A stretch of 64,000 bases of DNA, from the NCBI GenBank assembly GCA_002633005.1, contig NMRA01000018.1, positions 443,846 to 507,845 of the forward strand, in the 5' to 3' direction. The notes under the pieces are model-generated. The model was given only the letters and a program-made list of their open reading frames with translations. It had not been told where the DNA came from and did no database searches. This DNA comes from Phoronis australis (lineage: Eukaryota; Animalia; Phoronida). Below, one piece after another: positions 52,201-63,016 of the stretch; position 1 is the stretch's first letter; the number at the start of each line of letters is the position of its first letter. The position numbers and the translations under genes were made by a program.

Positions 52201-55200
52201 ACTTTGTTGAATTTGAGATGTGCATTTCTATGAAATCATCAACAAATGTCGAGGACATTAGGCCAGAAGCGACTACCACTGTGCCCCCTTATAGTGGCAA
52301 TTTTTTTACATTTTCCTTCGCAGTTACGTGACGAATTTTCGTGAAATGTGTCAGATAGGTATCTGTTAAAAAGGCCACACGGCTTTCATGTTTTTCGATG
52401 CATTTGACGTATTCCGCGATTCCCTGTGGCTGCTTTTACTGTTTTGGAGTCTAGCTGTGTGCCTTACTATCGGCCAAATCACTCCGACGATCGTTCTTGA
52501 AATTAGCATGCTTTCATTCTGTGAAGTGCTTGGCTGACGCCGATTTTTGAACGGGTCTTACCGCTGTGGCGTCCTCTTATGGCAATTTATTTTTTATCTG
52601 CTGCCCAATACAAGTTTTGTGACAGATCTTGATAAAATTCAGGGGTTCTGTTGAGAATAGTAAAACTGACGTGGATTTTGGGACAATTTTTTTGACTTCG
52701 GAATAACTTAGTGGAAATTTAGTGTTTTCTGAGCTTGCCGTGGCGTCAATGATGAATTTGAATGAAATCTGGCAAACAATTTACTATCACATAGGCAACA
52801 GCACCTGCTCTGTTTCGAATGGATTTGACCAACGTTGCGCACCCTTTTAGCGTTTCTATTGTTTTCGTGTCCTTCGTCTTCTGCCTCCTTTTCCTCTAAT
52901 CTTTTAGAAGAATCGTGGTTAAAGGTTGTAGGTGTGCTCGTTTGGAGGGGAGCATTTCGGACTTGCTTTGAACCATCTAGAGGCTAAGTTAGTAACCATT
53001 GCTCAGTTCAATGACGATGTTTAAAATAATGATCTGCTCTTGTATCTGAACTGTATGCGACGCACATGGTGGTTGCATATTATCAATGTCCCACATTGCC
53101 CCGTTTCACTTTCGATTATATAAATGACATATTAGGTTTTATCCTGGGATAAAATGACGAATATACCAGAGCAGCTTACTGGAGGTTGTCAACTGCAATG
53201 TTATCTTAAAGAGGCCTAGAACCCGACAAACAGACTAAATTGACTTATCCAAAGTGGTTCTCTGCCACTGTAACTGAATTCAACGTGTTCACCAGATATT
53301 TTATGGTTTACTTGTAAAGATTTTGAATTTTTGTTGATGTGAAAGTATTTTATTTTTCTTTTAGCTTCAAATTTTGAAAAACGATATGTCAACTGCTAGT
53401 TATTCCTGATTTGACATGGCAAGACACACAGATAGCACATTTCTCTAATATAGAAAATGCGAACTTTGTCATTAGATGTAAACAAAACAATGGCTACTTC
53501 AAGCAGCAGCCGGATTTAGAGGCAAGTAATGTTAAAAATTAGTAACAAAGGAATCGCAGTATTCAAACATATTCTAAAATGCACTTGGAATTCTCATTGG
53601 GAGATCTCTTGCTTCACTGGCTTGCCTCATACTGTGGTATTGGCCTCAGATTAAGTGCCATCACACATGATTGTTTGCCGTTAATATCCTTCTTCTCAGT
53701 GAGCTGTTTATCGGATGACTGTGAGCGCATGCGCTTTTATCAGAAGTGGGACTAAGATCAGAAACTGTGTGGTGACTACGGAGTTTATTTAGCCTTCACG
53801 TATATTTTAAAAATCATCAACTTTGTAATTTTTCGTGGAAATTTCCTCACAGGGGAAAGTCCATTACTCTGTACTAGACGTTGCGAGATGGTATTTTCGC
53901 CAGGAATTGTTTAAAAGATATTTTTGAAGAGCATAATTTAGTGTTGTTTGAAATCTCATGTGGTGTCCGAAATTTTGCAGGCGCATCAAACCAACGGGAC
54001 TGGATCATGTCCAAACAATGATGTGCGGAGGCTGCGCTAACGAACACTCGTTCAAACACATATTTTGTCACTACATGGTACGATATTTGTTTTCTGTTCT
54101 CTATAACGCGCATTAAACCTTCTGGCGACATTCTTGGGCGCAACAGCCGTGCCCACAATTTAAGGGCTGGAGTTCTTGAGTTCGGATATTTTCGATGGTT
54201 CATAATCTACATGCAGGTAAAAAAATACCGTACTGTTCCGGGAATACTTACACTAGCTTTCAGCCATGGACAAGCAAGACTAAGGTATATTTTACATTTA
54301 CGTTTGAATGTCTGTTTTATCTATTCGTGAGGTTTGGATTCCAATGTGTTTTACGTACATGATTTCTGCGTAGCCAAAGACATTCAAAAACGAGATGCTG
54401 TGCCCATAATTATTGGTTTTCAATTATATGCAGTGCCCCCGATAACAACTGAGCGAAACGATCACATTCTCAATGTTCTATGACCGCGACAGCACGGGTG
54501 GCGTTGGTACGAGATTGATTACGTCAGATGTATGCATACGAACACTTTAATGGGAATTTTGTGTCCTACAAAATAAACGAATGTAAAATATTTTAGTCAA
54601 ACTGAAACGCTATATTTTGACAGAATAAGAAAAGGGGAGGCACGCCAATTTCTCAAGAGGAGCTAGATGGCGCTGTCAACAATCAACTAATTGGTTGTCC
54701 ACCACTGACTATTCTCAGCTTTAAGAATGGCTTCCACGGAAGAACTATGGGTAAATAGATCCGGATGCACTGCGTTCCGTAGACACAAGACCCTCACAGA
54801 AAAAGCTGGCGTCATCACCTGTTTCGTTTCTAATGCATGGCGATATCTCTCGAAGACTTGCGTGGTCTTCGTTTTGGGTCTACAGAACGCAACCACTAAT
54901 CCGTGATATAATCTACAAACCCAGACTCGAAACTTAAGCTACTAGCGGCATGATTTGAGTACTAAGTTGCAAGTTTAAGTTGCAAGTTTAAGCGTATCAT
55001 GAAATTTGTCAGTTTTCGAACAGAGAAATTAGACTCTGGGCATGACAGGTCTTCATGGTGATGTGTTTTTGTTGTGAAATTATTGAGACTAATGTAGACC
55101 GTGTCAGACCATAAACAACATTCGTTATTATAGACCAAATCACACCCAATAAGGCAATAACCGTTTCTTTACATTATTCATAATGCCTTGGTTCAGCTGG

Positions 55201-58200
55201 AGCCAATCTGGTCACATGAAAGTACGGGGAAGGAACGTACAGTTTTCCTTTCGTACTCTGCCCATCGCGGAAGTAATCGTGGCTATCATCGGGAAAGTAA
55301 GACAAGTCATTGGAGACTTTACTTGGGTACGCTTGCGAAATGGTGGCCACTGCAATGACTGGTCGGTGACCGGTAAGGTTGGACTGTTGATTATAGGGTA
55401 GAATTCACTTTTCCGCTACTGAAGCGAAGATTTCTCGCCGCTAGTGCTTCGCGAGTGTCTTGGATCTACCCTGTGTCCTTAACTGTTCATCTCACAGCAT
55501 TGAGTCAAGAAACCTTCAAACATAGACACTTAGGTTATAAAAATGAAGCCAGCTTGTTCCTAAAGAGATTAAAATAGGGGTCTTTTCATATTGGCACCCT
55601 TTAGAGTACTGAGAGCAGAAAAGTGACTTCTGATTCATCCAGACTCAGATTTGGTGGACAGAAATTCAATTTACTACATAGTGGTTCATCAGTTTAAAAG
55701 CAGATGAATAGATTCTACTGTCAACCTCTCCTACTGTTTGAAGGTCAATTATTATTGCTTCTTGAATCCGGCTGGGATCGAGATTCTTCCGCTTTATAAG
55801 CCGCAGCCACTGGCTTTGTTGCGGATATTTCGTGTTCGTGCTGGGATTTTTATGGAACAGGATGCCCTTGTTCATCCATTGATATTTCAAAAGATGTGCT
55901 TTTTCGTAAGACATTAGTGCATCGCACCGCACAGCAGCGGAAATTTGCCGGCATTATAATGGCAGGAAATGTGTGAAAACGCTAGGTTGAAACCTGCCGT
56001 TCGCATTACATGCGACCTGTAGGTGGTGCAGAACCCTCGTCCACCAAAGACCTGATCGTCGTCTGGTGGATTAGTGAATTTCAATATGGCGCGGCTGTTT
56101 CGAAAGTCACCTATTACTTGATGTCGTGACTTAGAAAGAACTGGTATTTTGCTATTCCCCGAGACCAAGCTCAATAGCGTGGCTTGACATGGCTAGTAAT
56201 TTTTGTGTGCTGAGCGCGGTGGTCTTAATAAACAACGAACTGTGGCGTTCTCTAGCACAAACATCTGATTTTCACATCTGTCTTATTTCTTGACAAAAGC
56301 GTGTTCATTGGACCTTTGTATATATCCCGTGGATGCAGTGCGATCGGTCACGAATGGCCTCAACATGACTGATGCAGCGAGTTGGCAGCAGAGGTCACCA
56401 GGCCCTCGTGACCCGTTGCTGATACCTAACAAAGGTGTACTAGTGTGCATTCACTTGAAAAGAAATGAAAATGAAACTGTTCAATGTTCGTTCCAGCCAC
56501 TCTGGCCACCACTCATTGTAAAGCGTTGCACAAGGTTGACTTGCCGTCTTTAGACTGGCCGTTCACGGAATTCCCTCAGCTGAAGTATCCATTAGAGGAA
56601 CACGAGCAGGAAAACAGGGCAAGCGAACAGAAATCTCTTCAGCAGGTATATCGGAACTAGTACATTTTCTCCAAATTAGGGAATTTCACGAGATTTAGCA
56701 GCACTGGCGGATCTATAGGACGTCGCAAGGGGACCCAGCCACTATTTTCAAGGTGAAATGTTCGCAAAACTTCTAAAAACAACGTGCCTGGGTGTGTTGT
56801 TTATTTGGTCATGTTCGTAAAGTGACTGGCCGCTGCCCTATAAATCCGCCTATGTTTAGTTATTGGCATTACCTTAAAAAGGTCTCATTGATATTCATTT
56901 GGAATAGGAAATCGAGGCAAAGCAGGCTGCAAATGCCTTCGCTTCTGCAGAGACATCTGTTGTTTGTAGCTGATTAATTTTTTTGTTTCATTGAAGAGTT
57001 CATCAAAAGGGCTTCCGTCCTAGAACATCACTGAACAGTTGAACAAAAGATTCAAATATGCAGAAAAGTTCGTATGGCGTAATAAATGAGTATCATATTG
57101 GTGTCGTGACTAAGTAAACTGGTAAAAGATTGTGTAGAATAATCAATATGGAATTACCCCATCTAGTGTTGTTTAACTTACCCATGCCAGATGGAAAAGT
57201 AATGGTCATTCGAGGAACCGTTTAATTAAAGAGGAAAATTTTCAAGTAGATGCTGGGGAATACCAGTCAGAAACCAGCGCTACTCACTTGTGTTGGAGGT
57301 TTTTGCTTCTTAGTTCACCGTTAATTCAAAGCGTACCTGGATAATAACACAATAATCTGTTCTGTTTACTTTTCCTTCACAGGAATGACCAGTCCCAAAT
57401 TATAGAAATCTAATGAGAAAGGCCAGTTCCTAAAACATCTATTTCTGTTGAATTTTCCGGCAAACGAAGTTCCAAGACTGCTCTCGCTTTAAAATGGCGT
57501 ACACATAAAAACTATGTAAAAAGTAACTTTTGGTGTCTTTTCTCAAATCTGATATCAACTTTACGGCAGAGGTACTGTTGATAAAATGTCGTGGGGAATA
57601 TGATATTTGTCTGGAAAATGTTGACATTTCCGGATATGATGTTAACTTCTTTCATCAACCCAAGTTTTCCGTATTCGTTAGTACTGTGTTACTTCACGGC
57701 GTTCACTCGATGTTTATAGCTTGTAGCTTACTTGTGCATTTTTGATTGCCACGAGTTTGGTAGTCATTAATTTAAAGGATCAGTTGAAAGGGCCAACATT
57801 TAGCCTATGTCTCCAAAGGTTCTTATTTAATGTTAAAGTCGCAGCGCGCGCCGGAAACTCTGGGCCACATGTAAACTTGAGACGGTAGGTGCGCTGGAGC
57901 CAAGTAATCTGTAGAACATATCTATCAATTTCAAACGCAGTTTTAAAACAATCATCAAAGTTTGGTCAGAAGAACAGAAAAGCAGTCATGTGTAGTCTAC
58001 TCGAGTTTAGACATTGTTGGTACTGTATGTTTGTGAATGTGACCCAAGTGCTTCATCATTTCAATCTAACCTTGACGGAGATCTCTGCAATAGGTCCGTG
58101 AGAAAATTGAAGAATACAACGGAAAGGGTACCCCTGTTGCCGGATTAATCGTGGAGCCGGTTCAAGCAGAGGGAGGTGATAACCACGCGTCCAAAGAGTT

Positions 58201-61200
58201 CTTCAAGGAATTACAAGCTATCACGAAGGAGGTGAGACACTTAGTGTGAATGCACACACCTGGCGTCTTTCAATTAAGGTAGAATTATGTTTTGTAATGA
58301 GACTGGGGTGGGAGGGAGGAAAGAAGGCGCCTTTATTTGTGACAATAGACCCATTCGGGAAGCTATATACCTTAAATTGGCATTACACCCTTGCTTTTTA
58401 TAAAAAGAACTTTGATTAAGTCCAATAATGATCTTAATCTGTTCTCATTTTAGAAGTGGTCTCTTGGTCTTGAAATAAGTGCCAGATCGTTATAAGGTTC
58501 AGACCACGCTCAATGTGTTTCAGGTCATGGCTTAATTGAACTTTTCAGTTCAGATTCGAATGTTCGAGATATAGGTACAGTGTATTTCTCTTGGCAAGAA
58601 GGAAATGATGCCATTTTGGAAGGGTAAACATGCCTTTGGTCTAGAAAACTGTTTTGGACAGATAACATGGTTTACAGCCTCTTTAAAGGTCAAATTATGT
58701 GGTTCACATGTCTTCTGTTGTGCTGATCTAACGAACGCCCAAGGCATTTGCAGTACAGATGCTATCAGGTAAGCAACAACATCAGATAGATAAAAAAATT
58801 TTTGGTTCAGTGATGAATATCCCTGGAATGAATTACATTGATATGTTCTATTTCCTAGTATGACATTGTCTTCATGGTTGATGAGGTGCAAACGGGCGGC
58901 GGTTCATCCGGGAAGTTTTGGATGCATGAGTATTGGGAACTTCCGGAAGCGCCTGACATTGTCAGCTTTGCTAAAAAGTTGCAGACGACTGGCTTTTACT
59001 ACAAGGATCACCTCAAAATGAATTTGGTAAGAATTCCAAAATTTCACAACGACCAGAAATAGCGGCATTGGCTGTTGCGCTTGTTTGTGCTCTATGGATG
59101 TGCTGTGGATGAACTTGGAATCCTGCTTAATCTCAAGATCACGTATGCGTGAACTTGGAATTGAATATTCATTTGGGCGATCAGGTTAAATTTTTTGTTC
59201 AGTGTAAAGAATTTTTTTAATTATTGGCCTCACGTCCCCTTTCCCGTATCTTGTGTCAAAAAAGAATCTGGGGAAATGTTAATGGTTAAATCACTTGTTT
59301 AGTGCATCATTAAGATATCACCAATTGCTGAAAAAAGATTTTTAAAATTTAAGTTATTTTATTAACCGGTATTTTGATTTTATTAGTGCAGTGCAAACTT
59401 TTATCAAGGTGAAATATGATTATTTGAGTGAACTTGTCACGTTTCCTCATGTATTCCAAGTTCACGCATATGCAATCTTGAGATTAAGCAAGATTCCAAG
59501 TTCACTACAGTAGATGTAAGCCAAGTTGGTCAAACGATGACGTTAACTCTCCAGTATTGCTGTGGCTTCCAATTATGGTGATATCAGTGCTGTCTCCTCA
59601 ATGGCAGCCAACTACGTTCATGAAATTAGAAATGGGTTTGATTGATGGGAAGGTCGACTCCCCCCGGAAATGGGCTCAAACTGTAAAAACTTCAAATTTC
59701 TAAAAACACAATCTGGGAACTTTTCAAGTGACATCTGAAATTGCGGTTGGAATTAAAAACGACTACAAACCTTGCATCATAAAATTAAATTTTGATTTAT
59801 TGCACTTACCGTTGTAAAATTGGTCTCAAATTGTACCTTGGTTAAAGTTGTTGAAATATGAAGGCATCGATGTAACTGATAGTTGGTTATTGATGGAGAC
59901 CAGGCTCTACAAGTTGGCTTATGTTGGCGTCCTGTGCACGGTCCCCTTGAAGAAATAATGAACTACCAGTTTTTTGCAAGTAAGGAACAAGTCAAGGTCT
60001 TGTTCATGGCGGCTAGTGGTCTGTGTATCGAAAGTTTGTTTTTCCCGAGCAAAGCGGGTTTACAGTTGATTAAATTACAATGGCCATTCGATTTACCTAG
60101 TAGACATTTCAATCTTCATCGGCACCCCTGCCTAAAACTGCAATCGTGACTACAGGATTTTCAATGGGAAAGTTGTCATCAAGGTGGCCCCTGTGTTTAA
60201 ATGACAATACGATGAATGTTTTCAGTCATCCAGTTGGGCAATATAAGAAACAATAAATAAATCTACTACTGGACTTACGTATGTAGAGATGGCTACGTTG
60301 CGTCCTCCTCTCGAGGACTTCATCAGGCCACTGATTTGTCACGTGACTTGTCATGTGATCCGTCGTGTAATTTCCGCGGGATACTCTTCAGCGCCCTATC
60401 CCATGTCCTAGGTAAGTGAAACACGCAGCCGGACAATAGGGGAAACATCAGGGCAACATTGCCTTTTGTGCCAGGGATCGCTGATCAGATCAAATCACAT
60501 ATGAGGGGACATGACATTGCTGTTGTATTCAAACCTGTTAACACCATAATGAGTCAATTGTTAAATGTGAAAGACAAAACCAGCAAAGAGAAAACATCAA
60601 ATGTGGTGTATGGCATTTCATGCTCGGAACTGGGGTGTGGAGCAGCATACATTGGGGAAACCAAGCAAGCCCTGAAAAGTCGTTTCAATCAGCATCGGAG
60701 GTCCAGTTATGGGGACTGCTATGATTCTGCAGTTTTTACTCACATGGCTTCCACGGACCACTCTTTCGCCATGGAAGATGTGAAGATCCTGGATAGAGAA
60801 GAGAATTGGTTTCGGAGAGGGGTCAAAGAAGCTATCTACGAGAGAATCGAGAATCCTAGCCTCAATAGACAGGGGGGGGCTGCGGTTTCACTTACCTAGG
60901 ACATGGGTTAGGGCGCTGAAGAGTATCCCGCGGAAATTACACGACGGATCACATGACAAGTCACGTGACAAATCAGTGGCCTGATGAAGTCCTCGAGAGG
61001 AGGACGCAACGTAGCCATCTCTACATACGTAAGTCCAGAAGTAGATTTATTTATTGTTTCTTATGTTTAAATGACACTTTTTCGTTCGTTTGCAGCCGTA
61101 TCGTGTGTTCAACACATGGATGGGTGATCCACACAAAGTGATTCTGTTGGAAGCGGTCATCAACACAATTGAAGAGGAGGGACTTCTGGAAAGCACTGCA

Positions 61201-62093
61201 CGTGCGGGCAAGACTCTCAGAGACGGTCTGGTGTCATTGCAAGTAAGCTGTTACTGCTGACTTCTCGTCGGCTTCCGTTTAATTTGCTAACCGTCATCTT
61301 TATTCAGACGATTCCACGGTTTGATTCGCCCCCTCCGTTACAAGAAAAAATATAGAGTGTTGACTACTCAATTGTTTGTCTTCTTCTGTTGAAGATGGGA
61401 CAGAGTCTTCCTCTCTGTAGAGGATAATGGAAATGAATTCTGCAGTATTTATGTGCGTAACAGGGAAGACAAATACTCTGGAACCCCTCATTCTTGGTGC
61501 TACAGGCCTTTGCTTCTAGTTCATTTTGACATTTTGTTGCGTTGTAATTGTGATTTTGGTTATAGAATTCTCACAGCCACTTAATCAGCAACGCTAGAGG
61601 ACTAGGTACCTTCAACGCCATCGACTTCCGTGATGCGGCAACGAGGGATCAAATTATCGTAGATCTCGCGGCTAATGGTATGAGTTTCTGTTGAGCTTTA
61701 CTTTCTCATTTTCGAAAGGTGAAGTTTTGGAATAATGAGGTCCTGCAGAAGTGCCTTAAACTACAAGATGCAAAGAATTACTGATTGAGTACTAATGCGT
61801 TGTGACACTGATAGGTTGAGTTAGATTTGACCTTTTGTTTCGAATAATTTGATTTGAGTAATGTATTGTTGAGGGGTGCTTCCTTACCAAACGCGTACAA
61901 GCGTGAATTGTATTGTTAAATTATTCCGAAGTGAATTTATTCTCACATTATCTTTGGGTACTTGTTTTAAGGATTTCACTGCGGCGGTTGTGGCGACGTT
62001 TCCTTGAGATTTCGTCCAGCCTTGATTTTCAAGGAGCACCATGCGGAGATGTTCTTGGATGGATTTGAAAAAGTGCTGCAGAACCACCATTGA
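46203..62093 (+). CDS. ABAT: 4-aminobutyrate aminotransferase (GABA transaminase), mitochondrial; 13 exons, 1518 nt, about 505 aa
   Basis: Phase-consistent GT-AG exons give [104 protein letters not shown] (PLP lysine), [18 protein letters not shown] and [14 protein letters not shown]; stop TGA at 62091-62093. Confidence 0.96.
48281..48447 (+). CDS. ABAT: ABAT exon 2
   Basis: taccag|[55 protein letters not shown]|gtgagt. Confidence 0.9.
48969..49086 (+). CDS. ABAT: ABAT exon 3
   Basis: [40 protein letters not shown], 118 nt. Confidence 0.93.
49859..49908 (+). CDS. ABAT: ABAT exon 4
   Basis: [17 protein letters not shown]|gtaagc, 50 nt. Confidence 0.93.
50024..50174. mobile_element. Harbinger-like MITE (third copy, inverted relative to 16082)
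   Basis: gcgtgcgttcagtagacgctaggacct ... aggtcctagcgttactgaacgggagg; cgg TSD. Confidence 0.75.
51647..51723 (+). CDS. ABAT: ABAT exon 5
   Basis: [26 protein letters not shown]|gtaagt, 77 nt. Confidence 0.9.
51830..52960 (+). repeat. Degenerate tandem array (~130-170 bp units) in ABAT intron 5, Helentron/HINE-like
   Basis: Motif gattttcatgaaatt..tttctattga recurs at about 51900, 52065, 52200, 52335, 52490, 52625 and 52755. Confidence 0.45.
53981..54077 (+). CDS. ABAT: ABAT exon 6
   Basis: ttgcag|[32 protein letters not shown]|gtacga, 97 nt. Confidence 0.9.
54624..54750 (+). CDS. ABAT: ABAT exon 7
   Basis: [42 protein letters not shown], 127 nt. Confidence 0.93.
55740..56100 (-). pseudogene. 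THAP-domain transposon remnant, family 2 copy b (in ABAT intron 7)
   Basis: ATG at 55954: [44 protein letters not shown]; homologous to 17620-18000. Confidence 0.65.
56497..56645 (+). CDS. ABAT: ABAT exon 8
   Basis: [49 protein letters not shown], 149 nt. Confidence 0.93.
56699..56854. mobile_element. hAT-like MITE (5-bp TSD family)
   Basis: CACTGGCGGATCTA ... AAATCCGCCTATG; tttag on both flanks, with 3 extra nt on the left. Confidence 0.55.
58094..58231 (+). CDS. ABAT: ABAT exon 9
   Basis: [46 protein letters not shown], 138 nt. Confidence 0.94.
58859..59026 (+). CDS. ABAT: ABAT exon 10 (PLP lysine)
   Basis: [56 protein letters not shown], 168 nt. Confidence 0.95.
59103..59510. mobile_element. 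MITE with ~60-bp TIRs (TA-flanked on the right; Tc1/pogo-like)
   Basis: gaacttggaatcctgcttaatctcaagatcacgtatgcgtgaacttggaat versus its reverse complement at 59452-59510. Confidence 0.75.
60289..60331 (-). ncRNA. Second, identical hammerhead ribozyme in the inverted pLTR
   Basis: Exact reverse complement of 60976-61018. Confidence 0.8.
60459..60984 (+). pseudogene. Penelope GIY-YIG endonuclease domain (RT deleted; +1 frameshift in a G8 run)
   Basis: [78 protein letters not shown]; removing one G continues as [12 protein letters not shown]. Confidence 0.92.
60976..61018 (+). ncRNA. Minimal type I hammerhead ribozyme (GCAA variant) in the pLTR
   Basis: Stem I gtggc/gccat; core CTGATGA; stem II gtcctc-gagag-gaggac; GCAA in place of GAAA; palindromic ACGT stem III; GTA cleavage triplet. 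Confidence 0.8.
61096..61242 (+). CDS. ABAT: ABAT exon 11
   Basis: [49 protein letters not shown], 147 nt. Confidence 0.94.
61566..61677 (+). CDS. ABAT: ABAT exon 12
   Basis: [38 protein letters not shown], 112 nt. Confidence 0.92.
61972..62093 (+). CDS. ABAT: ABAT exon 13 (terminal)
   Basis: [40 protein letters not shown]. Confidence 0.93.
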
Positions 62094-63010
62094 ATCTGCT
62101 TTTATACGTTTGCTAATCAGCCAGTGTCAGACTTTGTCAGTGCCATACATAACTAAGTAACTGGATAGGCCTGCATATGTTTCGAGAGTCGGAACGCCGA
62201 ATGTATTTGATCATCTAGCTTGAGCTTAGACTAATGTTGAAAGACCTGTCAAATACTTGCTGCATGGTGAATACAAGTTGATCTCTACCAGACAATGCTT
62301 GTTTTGCATTGTTATTTTATTGGTCGTTAGCTTCGCTTACGGTATATTTTCTGTGTGATAGGGCAAAATAATGGGGCGTGGTTGTAGGGCAAAGGATTTC
62401 CTTTCATGTGGAGAAATAGGCCTACTGATCTGCTTAGAAGCATTTGGATTTTGGAGTTTAAGTGTCTTGGACAACATTGAGAATCGACCGTTAGTTCTTA
62501 GACACGCCGTAATTCGAATTTGGTTTCCCAGAAATCTTGAAGGAATCTCCCCCAAGAGTTCTAGATTCTGTATACAGTCACCATGTGGCGACATCGTCTC
62601 GTCCACGAGTCTGCTCACCAACTGAAACTTCCAAAGAACGTGTGAAAATCGACGACATTTTGTGAGTCCGCTGAAAAATAGTTCTGCAAAGAGACAATTT
62701 ACGCGGAAGTGGAGAAGGTATCAAAAGCAGAAATGGTGGCTTGACATTGCTTTTTATTCTTGATATTATGAGACCGTGCTAGGTCGTTGTTTTGAAAATA
62801 CCACGAGACTGTGTGACTGAATCTAAGTAAGGTCCGCTAGAGTTGTTTTACTAATACTCAGTACATGTAAGTGTAATATGTTTTGCCTCTCTTTTGACGT
62901 AACAGGCAGCTTTCACTTCTTAGTATTTTGGCAATCTGAGCCTGGTCGATATTACATTACTTCCATAACAATTAATAACAATTAATATTGTGTTTGTTTA
63001 ACTGAAGTAC

Positions 63011-63016
63011 AATAAA
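63011..63016 (+). terminator. Candidate ABAT polyadenylation signal
   Basis: AATAAA about 920 nt after the stop codon, followed by U/GU-rich sequence. Confidence 0.35.

Larger units (their letters stand above)
60207..61064 (+). mobile_element. Penelope-like element (5'-truncated, inverted-pLTR fold-back form)
   Basis: GIY-YIG ORF between ~187-bp inverted repeats (60243-60430 and 60878-61064; 2 substitutions and 1 indel); PLE-type 3' tail actggatgactgaaaacattcatc on the minus strand; TSD tgtttaaatgaca at 60194-60206 and 61064-61076. Confidence 0.93.
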
